A stretch of DNA of 64,000 bases from Callorhinchus milii (Eukaryota): NCBI RefSeq assembly GCF_018977255.1, contig NW_024704743.1:71364001-71428000 (forward strand), read 5' to 3'. The notes below the pieces were generated by a model. It was given only the letters and a program-made list of their open reading frames with translations, searched no databases and was not told the DNA's origin. The position numbers were made by a program, and so were the translations under genes. Positions 63,240 through 64,000 of the stretch are shown here, one piece after another (within the stretch, counting starts at the first letter, position 1; each line of letters begins with the position of its first letter).

Positions 63240-63557
63240 TAATAATAATAATAATCCTTGCATTTGATATAGCGTTTTTCACGTTGGGAGGATGTCCCAA
63301 AGCGCTTCACAGAGTATACTGTAAAGTGAATTGACTATATTTGTGGGCGATCGCGGCAGCCAATTGTGCACAGCAATGTCCCACAAACAGTCGTAGATTG
63401 AAAATGGCCAATTTATTATTGTTTTGTTTTTTTGGAAGAATTAGTATTAGGCGTGTGGAGTAAGGAAACTTGCCCAAGGTTTCGCCCTGCCTGGAATTGA
63501 ACTCAGGTCTCTTGCTTGCAAAGCGAGTGCTCTAACCACTGAGCTACAGGACTCCAC
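63240..63557 (-). mobile_element. tRNA-derived SINE, full length, short form
   Basis: Antisense head gagtgctctaaccactgagctacaggactccac; (aat)n tail. Confidence 0.88.
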
Positions 63558-63679
63558 AATAGGGGAGCTAGGTCAAAATCGAGGGAGATTTTAAGTGGAG
63601 TGTCTTGGATCTGTATTCGAAGCGCACCGGGACACTACCCCGCGTAAAGGGATGTTGTATAAGTGCAATTTGTTGTTGT

Positions 63680-64000
63680 ATTGGGACCACTTCCTGTCCT
63701 TTATATATTTTAGTGACTTGGATTCATAGACTCAGAGCAAGTAGTTAGGTTTGCAGATGACACCAAGTTGGAGAAAACTGGAATCAGAAGAAGCAGCAAA
63801 GGTCTTACGTAGAAAGCTTGGCAGGGCACAAAGATTGATGACTGGCAAGTGAAGTTCAATGCAGATAAATGTAAAATACTAAATATAGGCAGTAAAAAGT
63901 ACAGGTATTCTCTGGATTAAATTAATTCATCAAAGGGAAAGCTTGGAAGCTAGAGGTGTTAGTTGATTCAATCCTCACTGTGTCAAAACAGAATCAACAA
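63680..64000 (+). mobile_element. CR1-type LINE RT fragment, runs off window
   Basis: LGPL...RFADDTKL...WQVKFNADKCKIL. Confidence 0.82.

Noticed and set aside
59262..64000. Next dynein exon (expected GGAxLDL...PPKP)
   Set aside because: Not found; the intron probably continues past the window, so this is not evidence of truncation

Overview
Vertebrate genomic DNA, most likely a cartilaginous fish (inferred from the repeat content). The window lies inside one large + strand gene, an outer-arm axonemal dynein heavy chain of the DNAH5/DNAH8 (gamma-type) family. I traced 34 consecutive GT-AG exons from 3788 to 59261. They total 7279 nt (about 2426 codons), with consistent phases and no stops seen, and cover the linker, AAA1-AAA4, the stalk/microtubule-binding domain and AAA5. 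The gene's start and end lie outside the window. Several intron positions appear to differ from human DNAH5, so this may be the separate 'DNAH5-like' paralog. The introns contain many copies of a tRNA-headed SINE (long and short forms), older Deu-domain SINEs, and L2 and CR1 LINE fragments. They also hold several fold-back or inverted-repeat structures, unclassified dispersed repeats, and TE-free stretches that look like conserved non-coding elements. I found no solid evidence of a wholly new biological system; the findings are candidates for follow-up. Repeat boundaries are approximate and were set by eye.
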